From NCBI GenBank assembly GCA_965369655.1, contig CBDUQR010000019.1, positions 1-50,824 on the forward strand: a stretch of DNA of 50,824 nt, written 5' to 3'. The notes beneath the pieces were generated by a model. The model was not told where the DNA came from. It ran no database searches and worked only from the letters and a program-made list of their open reading frames with translations. The DNA is from an uncultured bacterium (GTDB lineage Bacteria; Zixibacteria; MSB-5A5; JAABVY01; JAHJOQ01). Of the stretch, positions 9,019-21,310 are shown in pieces; position 1 is the stretch's first letter, and every line of letters begins with the position of its first letter. The position numbers were made by a program, and so were the translations under genes.

Positions 9019-9939
9019 ATGAAAAGAGTAGTATTATTGGCTTTACTTGTAGTCGTGGCCTTTGTGGCATTCTCTGTCCTTCACAACCGGGCAATATCTG
9101 ATCCGTCTAATCTGGAGAACAAGATAGCGTCGACGTCATCGGCCAAGAGTTCGACTACTCAGCCGAGGGGAAAAGCCGAGGAAGAGAGTCCGTATGTCAA
9201 CGGCAAAGCAAACTTTCTCGAGAAAGCGTTCGACTTTGGTTACGCCCCGACGAACAGCACGGTCTATCACCCTTTCTACGTCATCAATGTCGGGTCCGAC
9301 ACGCTCGACATTGAAAAAGTCAGGCCTGGCTGAGGCTGCACACAGGCGCCGCTTGATAAGCGGTACCTCGCTGTCGGTGACAGCGCACAGATTGGAATAA
9401 GCCTCAGGGTCAGCAGGTCTGCCAGGCATTTCACGAAATCACCACGGGTGATCACCAGCGATCCTGAGAACAAGCAGACTTCGCTGAAACTGTCCGTGGA
9501 CGCCGTAGCTGCGTTCGATACCACTATGCCCCTGACGATAATACCGGAGAGAATCGGCATTCCTCCTGAGAGGAAAACCGACTGGTTCCGTCTGGCTGTG
9601 AAGAACATATCGAATCAGTCGCTTTCGCCGGAAGCGATTTTCGTTCCGGACGACATCGTAGATATCGAATTCCCCGGCACGATCGAGCCAGGCGAAGAAG
9701 CTGCGATCCTTCTGAAGGTTAGAGACGAATTCAAATGGAAGAATCATAAGACATCCTTTACGTTCGCGATGTCCGACGAGAATTCTACGAGGTTCACGAT
9801 CCCGATCGAAATCGGCACTTTCATCAAATCAAAAGCAAAACCGCCGAAGAAACCGACATCGGCTTCATCGACGCCTGCAGAGCAGGAAGGCAAGAAACCG
9901 ATTCGTCCGACAGGCTCAAAGGGGAACGGATCGAAATAG
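9019..9939 (+). CDS. Exported DUF1573-like protein, candidate selenoprotein (306 aa; UGA 9331-9333 = residue 105)
   Basis: Continuous frame VRPG*GCTQAPLDKRYLAVGDSA; AGGAG RBS; signal peptide. Confidence 0.85.
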
Positions 9940-9967
9940 ACGTACAGGCATATATCGAGTATCGAGA

Positions 9968-9995
9968 CCGCCCTGATCTGGGCGGTTTTCGTTTT
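9968..9995 (+). terminator. Intrinsic terminator after the DUF1573-like cluster
   Basis: ACCGCCC-tgatct-GGGCGGT followed by TTTCGTTTT. Confidence 0.75.
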
Positions 9996-10067
9996 AGGGC
10001 AGGATCATCAGCAAAAACCACAGATTCCGCTTTCAAATCAGCCTTCAGTATACTATAAATTCATACG

Positions 10068-10946
10068 ATGATGTTACGCAGAGCATATACTACGGCTAAG
10101 GGATTTCTATCGCATTATTTTGGAGGATTGTATCGAAATGCCGGAGAGCATCATGTGTTTCTCTTCGCGGGCGGTCTCTCCTTCTCTCTCCTGCTCTGCA
10201 TCCTGCCTCTGGTATTGATCGTTTTTTCTATCATCGGGCTTCTGCTGGAGAAGACAACTGTCTCGACTGAGATTTCGCTGTTCATACATAACCTGATTCC
10301 GTATGAGACCCACGCTGACTATGTCGAGCAGGCGGTCCTGTCCAGGGTAGAGGAGTTCACGCTCTTCAAAAGCATCGCAGGACTTCTCGGCATGGTCGGG
10401 ATTCTCTTTGCCGCCAGCGGCCTGTTCAGCAGCATGAGGACAGTGCTGAACACGGTGTTTAAGATCAGCAGCACTCAGTCGGTCTATGTGAGCAAGCTTC
10501 GTGACATTGGATTAGTGCTGATAGTCGTTGTTTACTTCCTCCTTTCGACGACCCTGCTGCCATTGCTCTCGATATTCGAGGAGATGGCCGGCAGGACCGA
10601 GTCACTGAGCATGTTTGACCTGGCTTCGTTCGCCGATCTTGTGCTTGAAATACTCTCGGTAGTGCTGATCTTTGCCGTTTTCTACACGCTCTACTATCTT
10701 GTGCCGCAGCAGAGGATGTCGAAGCGGGTTGTGTTCATCAGCGCATTATGGTCATCGCTGTTGTGGAAACTGGCCGAGAGAGGATTCGAGTATTACATCA
10801 CGAGTGTTGCGACGCTTACACGCGTATATGGCGCGTATTCGCTTGTGATTGTTATCGCGCTCTGGATCTACTACACATCGATCGTGTTCATACTCGGCGC
10901 AGAGATCGGACAGTTGTACAAGGAACGACGTGTTCGCAAGGCGTAA
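10068..10946 (+). CDS. YihY/virulence factor BrkB family membrane protein
   Basis: Multi-TM; A..LSF..LL...P and YG.Y..VI...LWIY...I.ILGAE motifs. Confidence 0.9.
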   Translation: MMLRRAYTTAKGFLSHYFGGLYRNAGEHHVFLFAGGLSFSLLLCILPLVLIVFSIIGLLLEKTTVSTEISLFIHNLIPYETHADYVEQAVLSRVEEFTLFKSIAGLLGMVGILFAASGLFSSMRTVLNTVFKISSTQSVYVSKLRDIGLVLIVVVYFLLSTTLLPLLSIFEEMAGRTESLSMFDLASFADLVLEILSVVLIFAVFYTLYYLVPQQRMSKRVVFISALWSSLLWKLAERGFEYYITSVATLTRVYGAYSLVIVIALWIYYTSIVFILGAEIGQLYKERRVRKA

Positions 10947-11022
10947 CACACATTTGCAGAAAAGAACAGATGTCCTGAGGCTATCTCATAAGTGCTAATC
11001 AACTTGAGCAGGAAGCTGACTC

Positions 11023-11095
11023 TGTCGCTCCCGCGGAGGCGGGAGCCTATTTAACGATAACGCATTCAATAGATTCCCGCCTGCGCGGGAATGAC
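11023..11095. repeat. Palindromic repeat (GTCATTCCCGCG...GCGGGAATGAC family)
   Basis: Other copies at 47161-47235 and a half copy at 47941-47966. Confidence 0.8.
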
Positions 11096-11189
11096 CTCGC
11101 TTTCTTTCGCAAACGTGCCACCAACCTTTTAGACCTTTTGGGACAACCTCTCCTCATGTGCCGATTCCGGCCTGTGCAGGTAATAATGT

Positions 11190-12227
11190 TTAACGATCGT
11201 CGCGGCTCCAGCGTCCACTGATACATACGATCTCTGGGTAGTTCCTGCACCACTCCAGTATTTTGTCTCGCTCGATCAAGTCTAACTCATGAGGCATGTG
11301 GGCTCGGAATTCTTTCTTGGCATTACTCGATACATACGAACTTGTAGCGAGGATTACTTGTGACGCTTTTCTAATCTGTCGGGTACCGATGAGTGCGCGG
11401 ATTTTCGCAGGCGGAACCTTATAAGGGGGCGAATAGCATTTCGCCTCTATGAGGTGGCGAGTCTCTGTAAGTCCGAGCTTTCGCAGAGCAATAATATCAT
11501 ACCCGCCATCGCGCGTTCTGGCTGTCAACTCAACTTCAAACCCAAAGGAAGCAAACATCTCAGCGATCAGTTCCTCGAACTTTCGCGAGTTCATCTGGTG
11601 AAGTAAGGCTGGATTTGCGACGATTGCTTTCATAATCTCGTCCCAGACAGCGGAGACTCTTACATCAATCCTCCCTTCTGTCGGAGCATCCGCTTGCGAC
11701 ACAGACACCCAACTCAACAGCCAGCATATTGCTTCAGCCATCTGACCTACTCCAAAACCTTTTTCGTCAAGTACAGGTGTCCCCGTTAAGTGAGTAAAAA
11801 ACGCTTCAAACTGCGACATCCCAAGTCTATTGAGTGCGCGATTTACATCCTCTTTGGACGTCAATCGCATCTTAAGATCATCAGGTAAGTCAGAACGAAC
11901 AACTCTTGATCTCCCTGGAACAGCAGCCGTCAGTTGGCCTTTTGGACCCCAATAGAGAATTGGTACTGCTGGAATGCTATGGATTGCGGGTGATCGAATA
12001 TCGATGACTATGCCATGCAACTCCTCATTGGATTCCTCAAGAACAACCTGAAACAATCCAATGTCTGAGACTCTTCTCAATTCGGTCCCGGGCGGAATCA
12101 TGTAATTGCTGACCGCATCCCCGATCAATTTCCATATGTGATCTGGGGGATTAACGACAGCCAGGAGATACCGAGTAGAAGTATCACCAACCTTGAGATC
12201 GCCGGTAGAATCGTGCATCGTGGACAT
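11190..12227 (-). CDS. Protein with C-terminal Mrr-like (type IV) restriction endonuclease domain
   Basis: FEELIAEMF..GF.VELT..TRDGGYDIIA...IEAK catalytic motif; start uncertain. Confidence 0.8.
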   Translation of the reverse strand: MSTMHDSTGDLKVGDTSTRYLLAVVNPPDHIWKLIGDAVSNYMIPPGTELRRVSDIGLFQVVLEESNEELHGIVIDIRSPAIHSIPAVPILYWGPKGQLTAAVPGRSRVVRSDLPDDLKMRLTSKEDVNRALNRLGMSQFEAFFTHLTGTPVLDEKGFGVGQMAEAICWLLSWVSVSQADAPTEGRIDVRVSAVWDEIMKAIVANPALLHQMNSRKFEELIAEMFASFGFEVELTARTRDGGYDIIALRKLGLTETRHLIEAKCYSPPYKVPPAKIRALIGTRQIRKASQVILATSSYVSSNAKKEFRAHMPHELDLIERDKILEWCRNYPEIVCISGRWSRDDR

Positions 12228-12431
12228 TCTCCCAGTAAATCTAAATATATAAGTAATGAATCTACATTTGACAATTCTTTTCATACAGCCACCAATTGCA
12301 CTTGCGACGTTTTCTAAGTTGATGCCTGCTGATAGAAGCCTTTAGCAATCCAACCCGGGAGTCGTGAAAGCGGCTCCCGTTTTTTTCAATCGCGATATGG
12401 ATTGCAAATACTGAGAGCGCGAAAGTGGCTG

Positions 12432-14608
<2,177 letters not shown>

Positions 14609-14642
14609 TACCTACTCCCAAGAGAAAAAACATGGTGAGAAC

Positions 14643-14671
14643 AAAAAAGTGCACTCGAATTTCGAGTGCAC
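14643..14671 (-). terminator. Intrinsic terminator downstream of the tRNA pair
   Basis: Minus strand GTGCACTCGAAATTCGAGTGCAC followed by TTTTTT. Confidence 0.75.
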
Positions 14672-14770
14672 ATCGGCATTCCTGCCGTCCAGGCCATCAC
14701 ATATCCTGACATTTTCGTGCCAGGCTGGTTTTCGATGAGTCTCTATCATACTAATGTTCTGACTTCTACA

Positions 14771-14847
14771 TGGTGGGCAATACTGGATTCGAACCAGTGA
14801 CCTCTCGGATGTGAACCGAACGCTCTAACCAACTGAGCTAATTGCCC
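14771..14847 (-). tRNA. tRNA-Val(CAC)
   Basis: GGGCAATTAGCTCAGTTGG...anticodon arm TTCGG-TTCACAT-CCGAG...GGTTCGAATCC...CCA. Confidence 0.95.
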
Positions 14848-14864
14848 GTCGATCTCCGAATTTA

Positions 14865-14937
14865 TGGGCCCACCAGGATTTGAACCTGGGACCCACTGAT
14901 TATGAGTCAGTTGCTCTAACCGCTGAGCTATGGGCCC
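14865..14937 (-). tRNA. tRNA with CAT anticodon, probably tRNA-Ile2 (lysidine); CCA not encoded
   Basis: GGGCCCATAGCTCAG...ACTGA-CTCATAA-TCAGT...GGTTCAAATCC; lacks initiator features. Confidence 0.88.
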
Positions 14938-14953
14938 AGAGCCATAGTTTTTC

Positions 14954-14982
14954 ATATTAGCAGGACTGCTGTCGTCTGTCAA
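14954..14982 (-). promoter_or_regulatory. tRNA operon promoter
   Basis: TTGACA-N17-TAATAT. Confidence 0.8.
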
Positions 14983-15060
14983 GCTCAAAAATTGAGTCCA
15001 AAATGTACGAATGTGCGGTATGAAATCAAGTCGGTACATGAAACATCCATGAACGGTCGT

Positions 15061-15663
15061 CTAACAGCGCACGGCTACAGTTTGTGTCGATGGGTTGAGT
15101 TGCCTGAATTCTTCGGCATATCCGGCATTCTGAAATTCAAATTCGCAGATCACATCACCGTTACTGAGCAGCTCGATAAATGTGTCGAATCCACGTATGT
15201 CGCGTCCATTGAGTCTCGATATTCGCACACATTTCAGAAACGATCCTGATTCGTTACGCTCCGCAAGTCGCGCAATGTAGTTCCTTCGCCCCCGTCTGTA
15301 AAGCAATCGCACGGCGACATAGATACATATGATCGTAGCTGTGGCAACGATCCACGCGGTGGGCATTCCCCCGACCATAAATACGAGAAATGCGATGACG
15401 ATGCCAACCGCGAATACGATGTCGAACATGTGGATCGATTCAGATGTCTTCTCCGGATACTGAGAACATCTTCTACAAAGGAAATAGCTCCAGGAGATTC
15501 GACTGTATGCCGGCATTGTCTCAGTCGTCTTGTCCGGCTCGAACGGTCCATCGCTGGCATAGAGTGGAAGCTCTGCCCTGACAAGTCTCTTTGATGTGGA
15601 ACAGCCGGCACATTCCTGTGGCCATCTGGGGCTTCTTCCAACCACACTCACTCTGATCGCCAT
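15061..15663 (-). CDS. Hypothetical membrane protein with two CxxC motifs
   Basis: CAGC and CRRC followed by two TM helices; follows pilD. Confidence 0.65.
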   Translation of the reverse strand: MAIRVSVVGRSPRWPQECAGCSTSKRLVRAELPLYASDGPFEPDKTTETMPAYSRISWSYFLCRRCSQYPEKTSESIHMFDIVFAVGIVIAFLVFMVGGMPTAWIVATATIICIYVAVRLLYRRGRRNYIARLAERNESGSFLKCVRISRLNGRDIRGFDTFIELLSNGDVICEFEFQNAGYAEEFRQLNPSTQTVAVRC

Positions 15664-15687
15664 GCAGGAGTCACCTGTGTCTACGGG

Positions 15688-16488
15688 TTAGATGTTCAGA
15701 AAACGATCTATGTACAAGCCGATCAGTTTATCTCCGAACAGCAATGCGATGATCGCAGCCGCAGCCATGAACGGCCCGAACGGTATCTGATGATTATCGC
15801 GCGTTCTACTGGAGACGATCATGATGATGACAGCTCCGAGCAATCCGAGCGACGCGGAAACTATGAATATGAAGAGCACTTTCTGCCAGCCGAGAAACGC
15901 TCCCAGCATGGCCGCGAGTTTCACGTCGCCACCGCCGAGGCTCTCCTTCTTGAAGAGGAAATCGCCGAGCAATCCCACAGCAAGAAATCCTCCCCCGCCG
16001 ACCAGGATTCCTATCAGTGAATCGGACCATGTCGGCTGGAGCGTGAAAAACGAGAGCACGAATCCTATCAGGATACCGGGGATCGAGATGACGTCTGGTA
16101 TGATCTTGTGCTCGCAATCGATCAGGAAAACCGGGATGAGCATTAACGTCATGATGATCGCGGCCAATGTCTGAAACGTCGGACCGTAGAGCGCGAAATA
16201 TCCGACGACCGAGAGCCCGGAAATCAGTTCGATCGCAGGGTATCTCGGCGAGATTCTCGCCTTGCAGAATCTGCACCTCCCAAGTAGAAGTATGTAGCTG
16301 ATTACCGGAATATTGAGATACAGAGGAATCGCGACTCCGCAGGACGGGCATGCCGAGCGCGGCCTGACAATCGATTTCGATCGAGGCAGTCTGTAGATGA
16401 CTACGTTCAGGAAACTGCCGATCGAAGCACCGGCAGCGAATAGAAGAATATAGAGAATCAAAATGTCCGTATCGAACTGACTGCCCAT
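15688..16488 (-). CDS. pilD: Prepilin peptidase/N-methyltransferase (A24)
   Basis: GSFLNVVIYRLP, CPSC...CRFC, GGGDVKL, IPFGPF. Confidence 0.95.
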   Translation of the reverse strand: MGSQFDTDILILYILLFAAGASIGSFLNVVIYRLPRSKSIVRPRSACPSCGVAIPLYLNIPVISYILLLGRCRFCKARISPRYPAIELISGLSVVGYFALYGPTFQTLAAIIMTLMLIPVFLIDCEHKIIPDVISIPGILIGFVLSFFTLQPTWSDSLIGILVGGGGFLAVGLLGDFLFKKESLGGGDVKLAAMLGAFLGWQKVLFIFIVSASLGLLGAVIIMIVSSRTRDNHQIPFGPFMAAAAIIALLFGDKLIGLYIDRFLNI

Positions 16489-16534
16489 ATTATTTTGAAT
16501 CGGCAAAGAAAGCTCATAATCAAGCCGCCCGCTG

Positions 16535-17269
16535 TCATTTATCGAACGACTCGATGACCAGCGCAGGAAGCACCACGGCGGCCGTCTCCATCCTGAGACG
16601 ATAGCTTCCGAAACTTATTGGCATGGCCCCGGCCTCAACTGCAGATGCCAGTTCCCGATCCGAGAATCCGGCTTCGGGACCGACGAGCAGAAGCACAGAC
16701 TTCGCCTTACCTAGCCTGAGAATATCGCTTATCGATACAGCCTCGCGGCAAAGATGTCCGATCAGCACAAGGTCGTAATCATCGAATGACGAGATCAAAC
16801 CGCCCAGGTTGTCGTGAAAAACAATACCGGGCTTGAACGCGCGCATCGACTGCTTCATGGCTGAAATCACAACCCGGTTCAGCCTCTCACGACGGTTGTC
16901 GCTGATGTTCGTTGCTGTTGCCTTGTCGGAAGCAAAGAAATGGAACCGACGCACTCCTATCTCCACGCATTTCTCGATGATCCAGTCGCTCTTCGTTACC
17001 GTTACAATAGGCACAGCGAGATCACATGTTCTCTCAGGTCGCTTCACGACTTCCCTGCTCAGTATCGCGCCCTCGACGATATTTCCTGAGATAGAAGTCA
17101 ACTCGACCTCGTACAGATTACCATCGCCGTCAGTGGCTGTCAGCCTGTCGCCCACATTGAGCCGGCAGACTTTTGTAATATGTCTCGATTCCTCAGTGGA
17201 GAACGAGATCGTCTCCCCTGTGACTTCTCCCGCGTCGAAATATGTGAACTCTGCCTTCTTGATAGTCAC
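16535..17269 (-). CDS. rsmE: 16S rRNA m3U1498 methyltransferase
   Basis: H..KV.RL..GD; VGPEAGFS; LRMETA; GTG start overlapping the prmA stop. Confidence 0.93.
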   Translation of the reverse strand: MTIKKAEFTYFDAGEVTGETISFSTEESRHITKVCRLNVGDRLTATDGDGNLYEVELTSISGNIVEGAILSREVVKRPERTCDLAVPIVTVTKSDWIIEKCVEIGVRRFHFFASDKATATNISDNRRERLNRVVISAMKQSMRAFKPGIVFHDNLGGLISSFDDYDLVLIGHLCREAVSISDILRLGKAKSVLLLVGPEAGFSDRELASAVEAGAMPISFGSYRLRMETAAVVLPALVIESFDK

Positions 17270-18144
17270 ACCTTTATTACGTAACAAGCCCATTCATTCA
17301 GTGTTGTTATCTCGCAATCGACGAAGCCCTTCTCTGCGAAGAACGCATTCATGTCGTCGATCTGATCGGTACGAATGCCTGAGAGTATCAGCATGCCGCC
17401 CGGTTTGCACGCGGCAACAAAGCTGTCGAACAACTCTACGATGCCTTCTTTAATCAAATTGGAGATGACAACGTCGTAGTAATCAGTCCGATCCACCTTC
17501 TCCATCGAGCCGCGCTCGAATGTGATTATCTCGCCGACATGATTGAGTTCGGCATTCTCGATAGCGTTCTCTCTGAAATATGGATCGATATCGAGACCGT
17601 AGATTTCCGACGCGCCGAGCCGCGCAGCAAGAATAGCAAGAATGCCCGAACCTGTGCCGAGATCGAGAACACGGTCGCCGGCTGTAACATTAGCACGTAC
17701 TGCGGCGATACAGAGCTGGGTTGTCTCATGCTTGCCGGTCCCGAACGCCATCTTCGGTTCGATTGTGATCACGAGTTTACCCGGAAATTCATCCGGCGTC
17801 CAGACAGCCTTCACGACAACATCTCCGACAGTCACCGGCTCGAATGTGTTCTTGTAGACCTCGATCCAGTCGAGATTCTTTATTCGCTTCGATGAAATCC
17901 TGGATTCAGAATCGCCCGACGACATCAATCCCGAGTCGGAGATGAAACGGCTGATCTTGTTGATTTCGGTATCTGAGTCCTGCTCCGCATCGACGTAGAG
18001 TCTGATCGAAATATCCTCACCGACATCTTCGAGAATTAAGCCGTTGCCCCCGGAAATATGATCTATCAGGAAATTGCAGACTGGCTCTTCGGATTCCTTT
18101 GGAACCGTGACGGTGATCTCGATATAGCCGTCGGATGTTGACAT
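17266..18144 (-). CDS. prmA: Ribosomal protein L11 methyltransferase
   Basis: MAFGTGKHETT; VLDLGTGSGILA; synteny after dnaJ. Confidence 0.95.
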   Translation of the reverse strand: MSTSDGYIEITVTVPKESEEPVCNFLIDHISGGNGLILEDVGEDISIRLYVDAEQDSDTEINKISRFISDSGLMSSGDSESRISSKRIKNLDWIEVYKNTFEPVTVGDVVVKAVWTPDEFPGKLVITIEPKMAFGTGKHETTQLCIAAVRANVTAGDRVLDLGTGSGILAILAARLGASEIYGLDIDPYFRENAIENAELNHVGEIITFERGSMEKVDRTDYYDVVISNLIKEGIVELFDSFVAACKPGGMLILSGIRTDQIDDMNAFFAEKGFVDCEITTLNEWACYVIKV

Positions 18145-18150
18145 GACCGA

Positions 18151-19311
18151 CTACACTCCAAGAGATTCCTTGAGACGTTTGAAGAAAGACTTCGTTGACT
18201 TGGGCGGCGCGACGCCATCAAGTGATTCGAGATCTGCGAACAACGCTCTTGATCTCTTGTCGAGTTTAGTCGGAGTCCAGACATGTATTCTGATAAGCTG
18301 GTCTCCTCGTCCGGCGTGCCGAAGATGTTTCACACCTTTGTTCCTGAGTCTGAAAAGCTGTCCCGATTGCGTCCCGGCAGGAATCTTGAGTTTTGCCGAT
18401 CCATTGAGAGTCGGGATATCCATCTCGGCGCCAAGCGCGGCCTGGGGGATTGAAATCGGTATTTCGACGAGTATGTCGTCGCCGTGTCTCTCGAATGTCT
18501 TGTGCTCGATCTCCTCGATGAAGACAACTAAGTCTCCGTTTGGTCCGCCGTACGGTCCGGCGTTGCCGACGCCCGGCAGGTTAATATAATTGCCTTCCAC
18601 CACGCCGCCGGGGATTTTCACATTAACAGATTTTTCAATGGTCCGGCGACCCTCGCCGTTACAGCTCCTGCACGGAGATGTGATGATCTCCCCTGTTCCG
18701 TTGCAGTAATCGCATGCGCGAACATTCACGAATTGTCCAAAGAGCGATCTGGTTACATGTCTGACTTCGCCTGCGCCATTGCACTGCGGGCAAACGGATT
18801 TCCTGCTTCCTTCGGCGGAACCTGATCCGCCGCAATCGGGGCATCGGTCCTTGACCTTCAGCTTCAAAGATTTCTCGACGCCTTCCGCGATCTCCTCAAG
18901 AGTGACCTTCAGCCTGAGCTTGAGGTCCTCACCTTTGTAAACTCGACGGCCTCTTCCGCCCGACCTGCCCCCAAAACCGAAAAGGTCGTCGAACGCGCCA
19001 CCGAATCCGCCGAAGTCTCGCATGAATGCACGAAGTGCATCCGCCATGTCAAACGAATCGAAACCGCTGAATCCAGCCTGCCCTCTTAGACCGGCGTGCC
19101 CATACTGATCATATATCTGGCGTTTCTGAGGGTCCTTGAGAACTTCGTATGCTTCCGTAGCCTCTTTGAACTTCTCTTCGGCGTCGCCGTCATCCGGATT
19201 CCTGTCAGGGTGATACTTGAGCGCCATCTGGCGATACGCTTTCTTGATCTCTTCATCGCCCGCGCTGCGGTCGATTCCGAGAATCTCGTAGTAATCGCGA
19301 GATGTCACCAT
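18151..19311 (-). CDS. dnaJ: Chaperone DnaJ
   Basis: J domain with HPD; four CxxCxGxG repeats. Confidence 0.98.
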   Translation of the reverse strand: MVTSRDYYEILGIDRSAGDEEIKKAYRQMALKYHPDRNPDDGDAEEKFKEATEAYEVLKDPQKRQIYDQYGHAGLRGQAGFSGFDSFDMADALRAFMRDFGGFGGAFDDLFGFGGRSGGRGRRVYKGEDLKLRLKVTLEEIAEGVEKSLKLKVKDRCPDCGGSGSAEGSRKSVCPQCNGAGEVRHVTRSLFGQFVNVRACDYCNGTGEIITSPCRSCNGEGRRTIEKSVNVKIPGGVVEGNYINLPGVGNAGPYGGPNGDLVVFIEEIEHKTFERHGDDILVEIPISIPQAALGAEMDIPTLNGSAKLKIPAGTQSGQLFRLRNKGVKHLRHAGRGDQLIRIHVWTPTKLDKRSRALFADLESLDGVAPPKSTKSFFKRLKESLGV

Positions 19312-19340
19312 CGATCTATATTCCCCTCAACTTTGCCCGC

Positions 19341-21272
19341 TTATTTCTTTTCTTCGTCAACGACTTCGAAATCAGCGTCGACCGCGCCATCACCGGCGCT
19401 CTCCTGCTGATCCGGTGGAGCCTCGCCGCCCGCAGTGCCCTCCGGTCCCGCCTGAGCGCCTGCCTGCTCTGCGGAAGCCTGCTTGTACAGCTCCTCCGCG
19501 AGCTTATGAGATGCTTTCATCAAGTCGTCACATTTCTGGTTGATGATCTCGGCATCTTCCGTTTTGAGCGCACCCTTAAGACGTTCGATAGTTTCTTCGA
19601 TGCTCTTCTTCTCATCGTCGCCGAGCTTGTCGCCATACTCGCTGACGCTTTTCTCCGTCGAGTATATCAGTTGGTCCGCTTTGTTCCTCGCCTCGACGGC
19701 ATCTCGCTTCTTCTTGTCTTCCTCAGAGTGAGAATCGGCATCCGAGACCATCTTTTCAATTTCCTGCTCGGTCAGGCCGGAGGACGATTCGATCTTGATC
19801 TTCTGTTCCTTGCCGGTTCCGAGGTCCTTTGCGGAGACATGCACGATGCCGTTAGCGTCGATGTCAAACGTCACCTCGATCTGAGGAATTCCTCTCGGTG
19901 CCGGGGGGATGCCAACGAGGTCGAAACGCCCGAGAGTCCTGTTGTCGAACGCCATCTCTCGCTCGCCCTGAAGAACATGAATCGACACGGCTGGCTGGTT
20001 CTCCGAAGCGGTCGAGAATATCTGGCTCTTCTTGGTCGGGATAGTCGTGTTGCGCTCTATCAGCCTTGTCAGGACGCCACCGAGAGTTTCTATCCCGAGC
20101 GAAAGCGGTGTGACATCGAGCAGCAGCACATCTTTGACGTCGCCAGTCAGGACGCCCGCCTGAATCGCAGCCCCGATTGCGACAACCTCGTCGGGATTCA
20201 CGCCCCTGTGGGGATCGCGTCCGAAGATTTCTTTGACGACTTCCTGAACCCTGGGCATTCTCGTCATGCCGCCGACCAGGATCACTTCGTTTATTTCGGA
20301 TGCAGTAAGTCCGGAGTCTTTGATCGCATTGATGCACGGAGATTTCGTCCTTTCGATCAGGTCATCACAAAGCTGTTCGAGTTTCGCTCGCGTCAGCGTG
20401 ATATCGAGATGCTTCGGGCCGCTCTGATCCGCCGTGATAAACGGCAGGTTGATCGAGGTCTGCATTGTCGTCGAAAGTTCGCACCTAGCCTTCTCGGCTG
20501 CCTCTTTCAACCGTTGGAGCGCCATCCTGTCATTGCGAAGATCGATTCCCTGATCTTTCCTGAATTCGTCAGCAAGCCAGTCGATGACTTTCTGGTCGAA
20601 ATCATCGCCGCCGAGATGCGTGTCTCCATTGGTCGACTTGACCTGGAACACGCCGTCGCCAAGTTCGAGAACCGAGACGTCAAAAGTCCCGCCGCCGAGA
20701 TCGAAAACTGCGATTTTCACTTCCTGATTCTTTTCGAGACCATACGCCAGCGATGCCGCAGTCGGCTCGTTTATGATCCGCTTGACGTCGAGACCGGCAA
20801 TACGTCCCGCATCTTTGGTCGCCTGACGCTGTGAATCATTAAAATACGCTGGTACCGTGATGACAGCTTCAGTGACTTCCTCGCCCAGATAGTCCTCGGC
20901 GGTCTTCTTGAGATTCTGCAGAATCATCGCGGAAAGTTCCGGCGGTGCATGTTCGTCGTCGCCTATCTTCACACGACAGTCGCCGTTGTCGGCTTCGATG
21001 ACTTTGTATGGTACAATCTTCTCCTCCGAGCTGACTTCGTTGTACTTGCGCCCCATGAATCGCTTGATCGAGAAGATGGTATTCTCAGGATTCGTAATAG
21101 CCTGGCGTTTCGCCACCTGCCCGACGAGCCTGTCGCCATTTTTTGTAAATGCAACTACCGACGGAGTTGTTCGTCCGCCCTCTCCGTTTGGGATCACTAC
21201 GGGATCGCCGCCCTCCATAATTGCGACGCATGAATTCGTCGTTCCAAGATCGATTCCGATCACCTTACCCAT
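19341..21272 (-). CDS. dnaK: Chaperone DnaK
   Basis: [27 protein letters not shown]. Confidence 0.99.
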   Translation of the reverse strand: MGKVIGIDLGTTNSCVAIMEGGDPVVIPNGEGGRTTPSVVAFTKNGDRLVGQVAKRQAITNPENTIFSIKRFMGRKYNEVSSEEKIVPYKVIEADNGDCRVKIGDDEHAPPELSAMILQNLKKTAEDYLGEEVTEAVITVPAYFNDSQRQATKDAGRIAGLDVKRIINEPTAASLAYGLEKNQEVKIAVFDLGGGTFDVSVLELGDGVFQVKSTNGDTHLGGDDFDQKVIDWLADEFRKDQGIDLRNDRMALQRLKEAAEKARCELSTTMQTSINLPFITADQSGPKHLDITLTRAKLEQLCDDLIERTKSPCINAIKDSGLTASEINEVILVGGMTRMPRVQEVVKEIFGRDPHRGVNPDEVVAIGAAIQAGVLTGDVKDVLLLDVTPLSLGIETLGGVLTRLIERNTTIPTKKSQIFSTASENQPAVSIHVLQGEREMAFDNRTLGRFDLVGIPPAPRGIPQIEVTFDIDANGIVHVSAKDLGTGKEQKIKIESSSGLTEQEIEKMVSDADSHSEEDKKKRDAVEARNKADQLIYSTEKSVSEYGDKLGDDEKKSIEETIERLKGALKTEDAEIINQKCDDLMKASHKLAEELYKQASAEQAGAQAGPEGTAGGEAPPDQQESAGDGAVDADFEVVDEEKK

Positions 21273-21310
21273 GGACTTGTCCTCCCTGAGTCGTATGACA
21301 AATAAAATAT

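Noticed and set aside
7342-9608. Similar minus-strand ORFs sharing ALSPTA
   Set aside because: These are shadows of the conserved plus-strand hairpin/coding segment.
7262-9939. Genome-wide UGA reassignment (code 4 or 25), or three pseudogenes
   Set aside because: Many genes here end properly at TGA (transposase, prmA, rsmE, S8 peptidase). The identical position in three diverged paralogues argues against decay.
10980-10998. AGTGCTAA as a second CIRCE
   Set aside because: Half-site only, located between convergent genes.
14649-14671. GTGCAC palindrome as a LexA box
   Set aside because: The spacing is wrong, and the T-tract fits a terminator for the tRNA operon.
19302-20834. 510-aa ORF antisense to dnaK
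   Set aside because: Long antisense frames opposite hsp70 genes are a known codon-bias artefact; no RBS or motifs.
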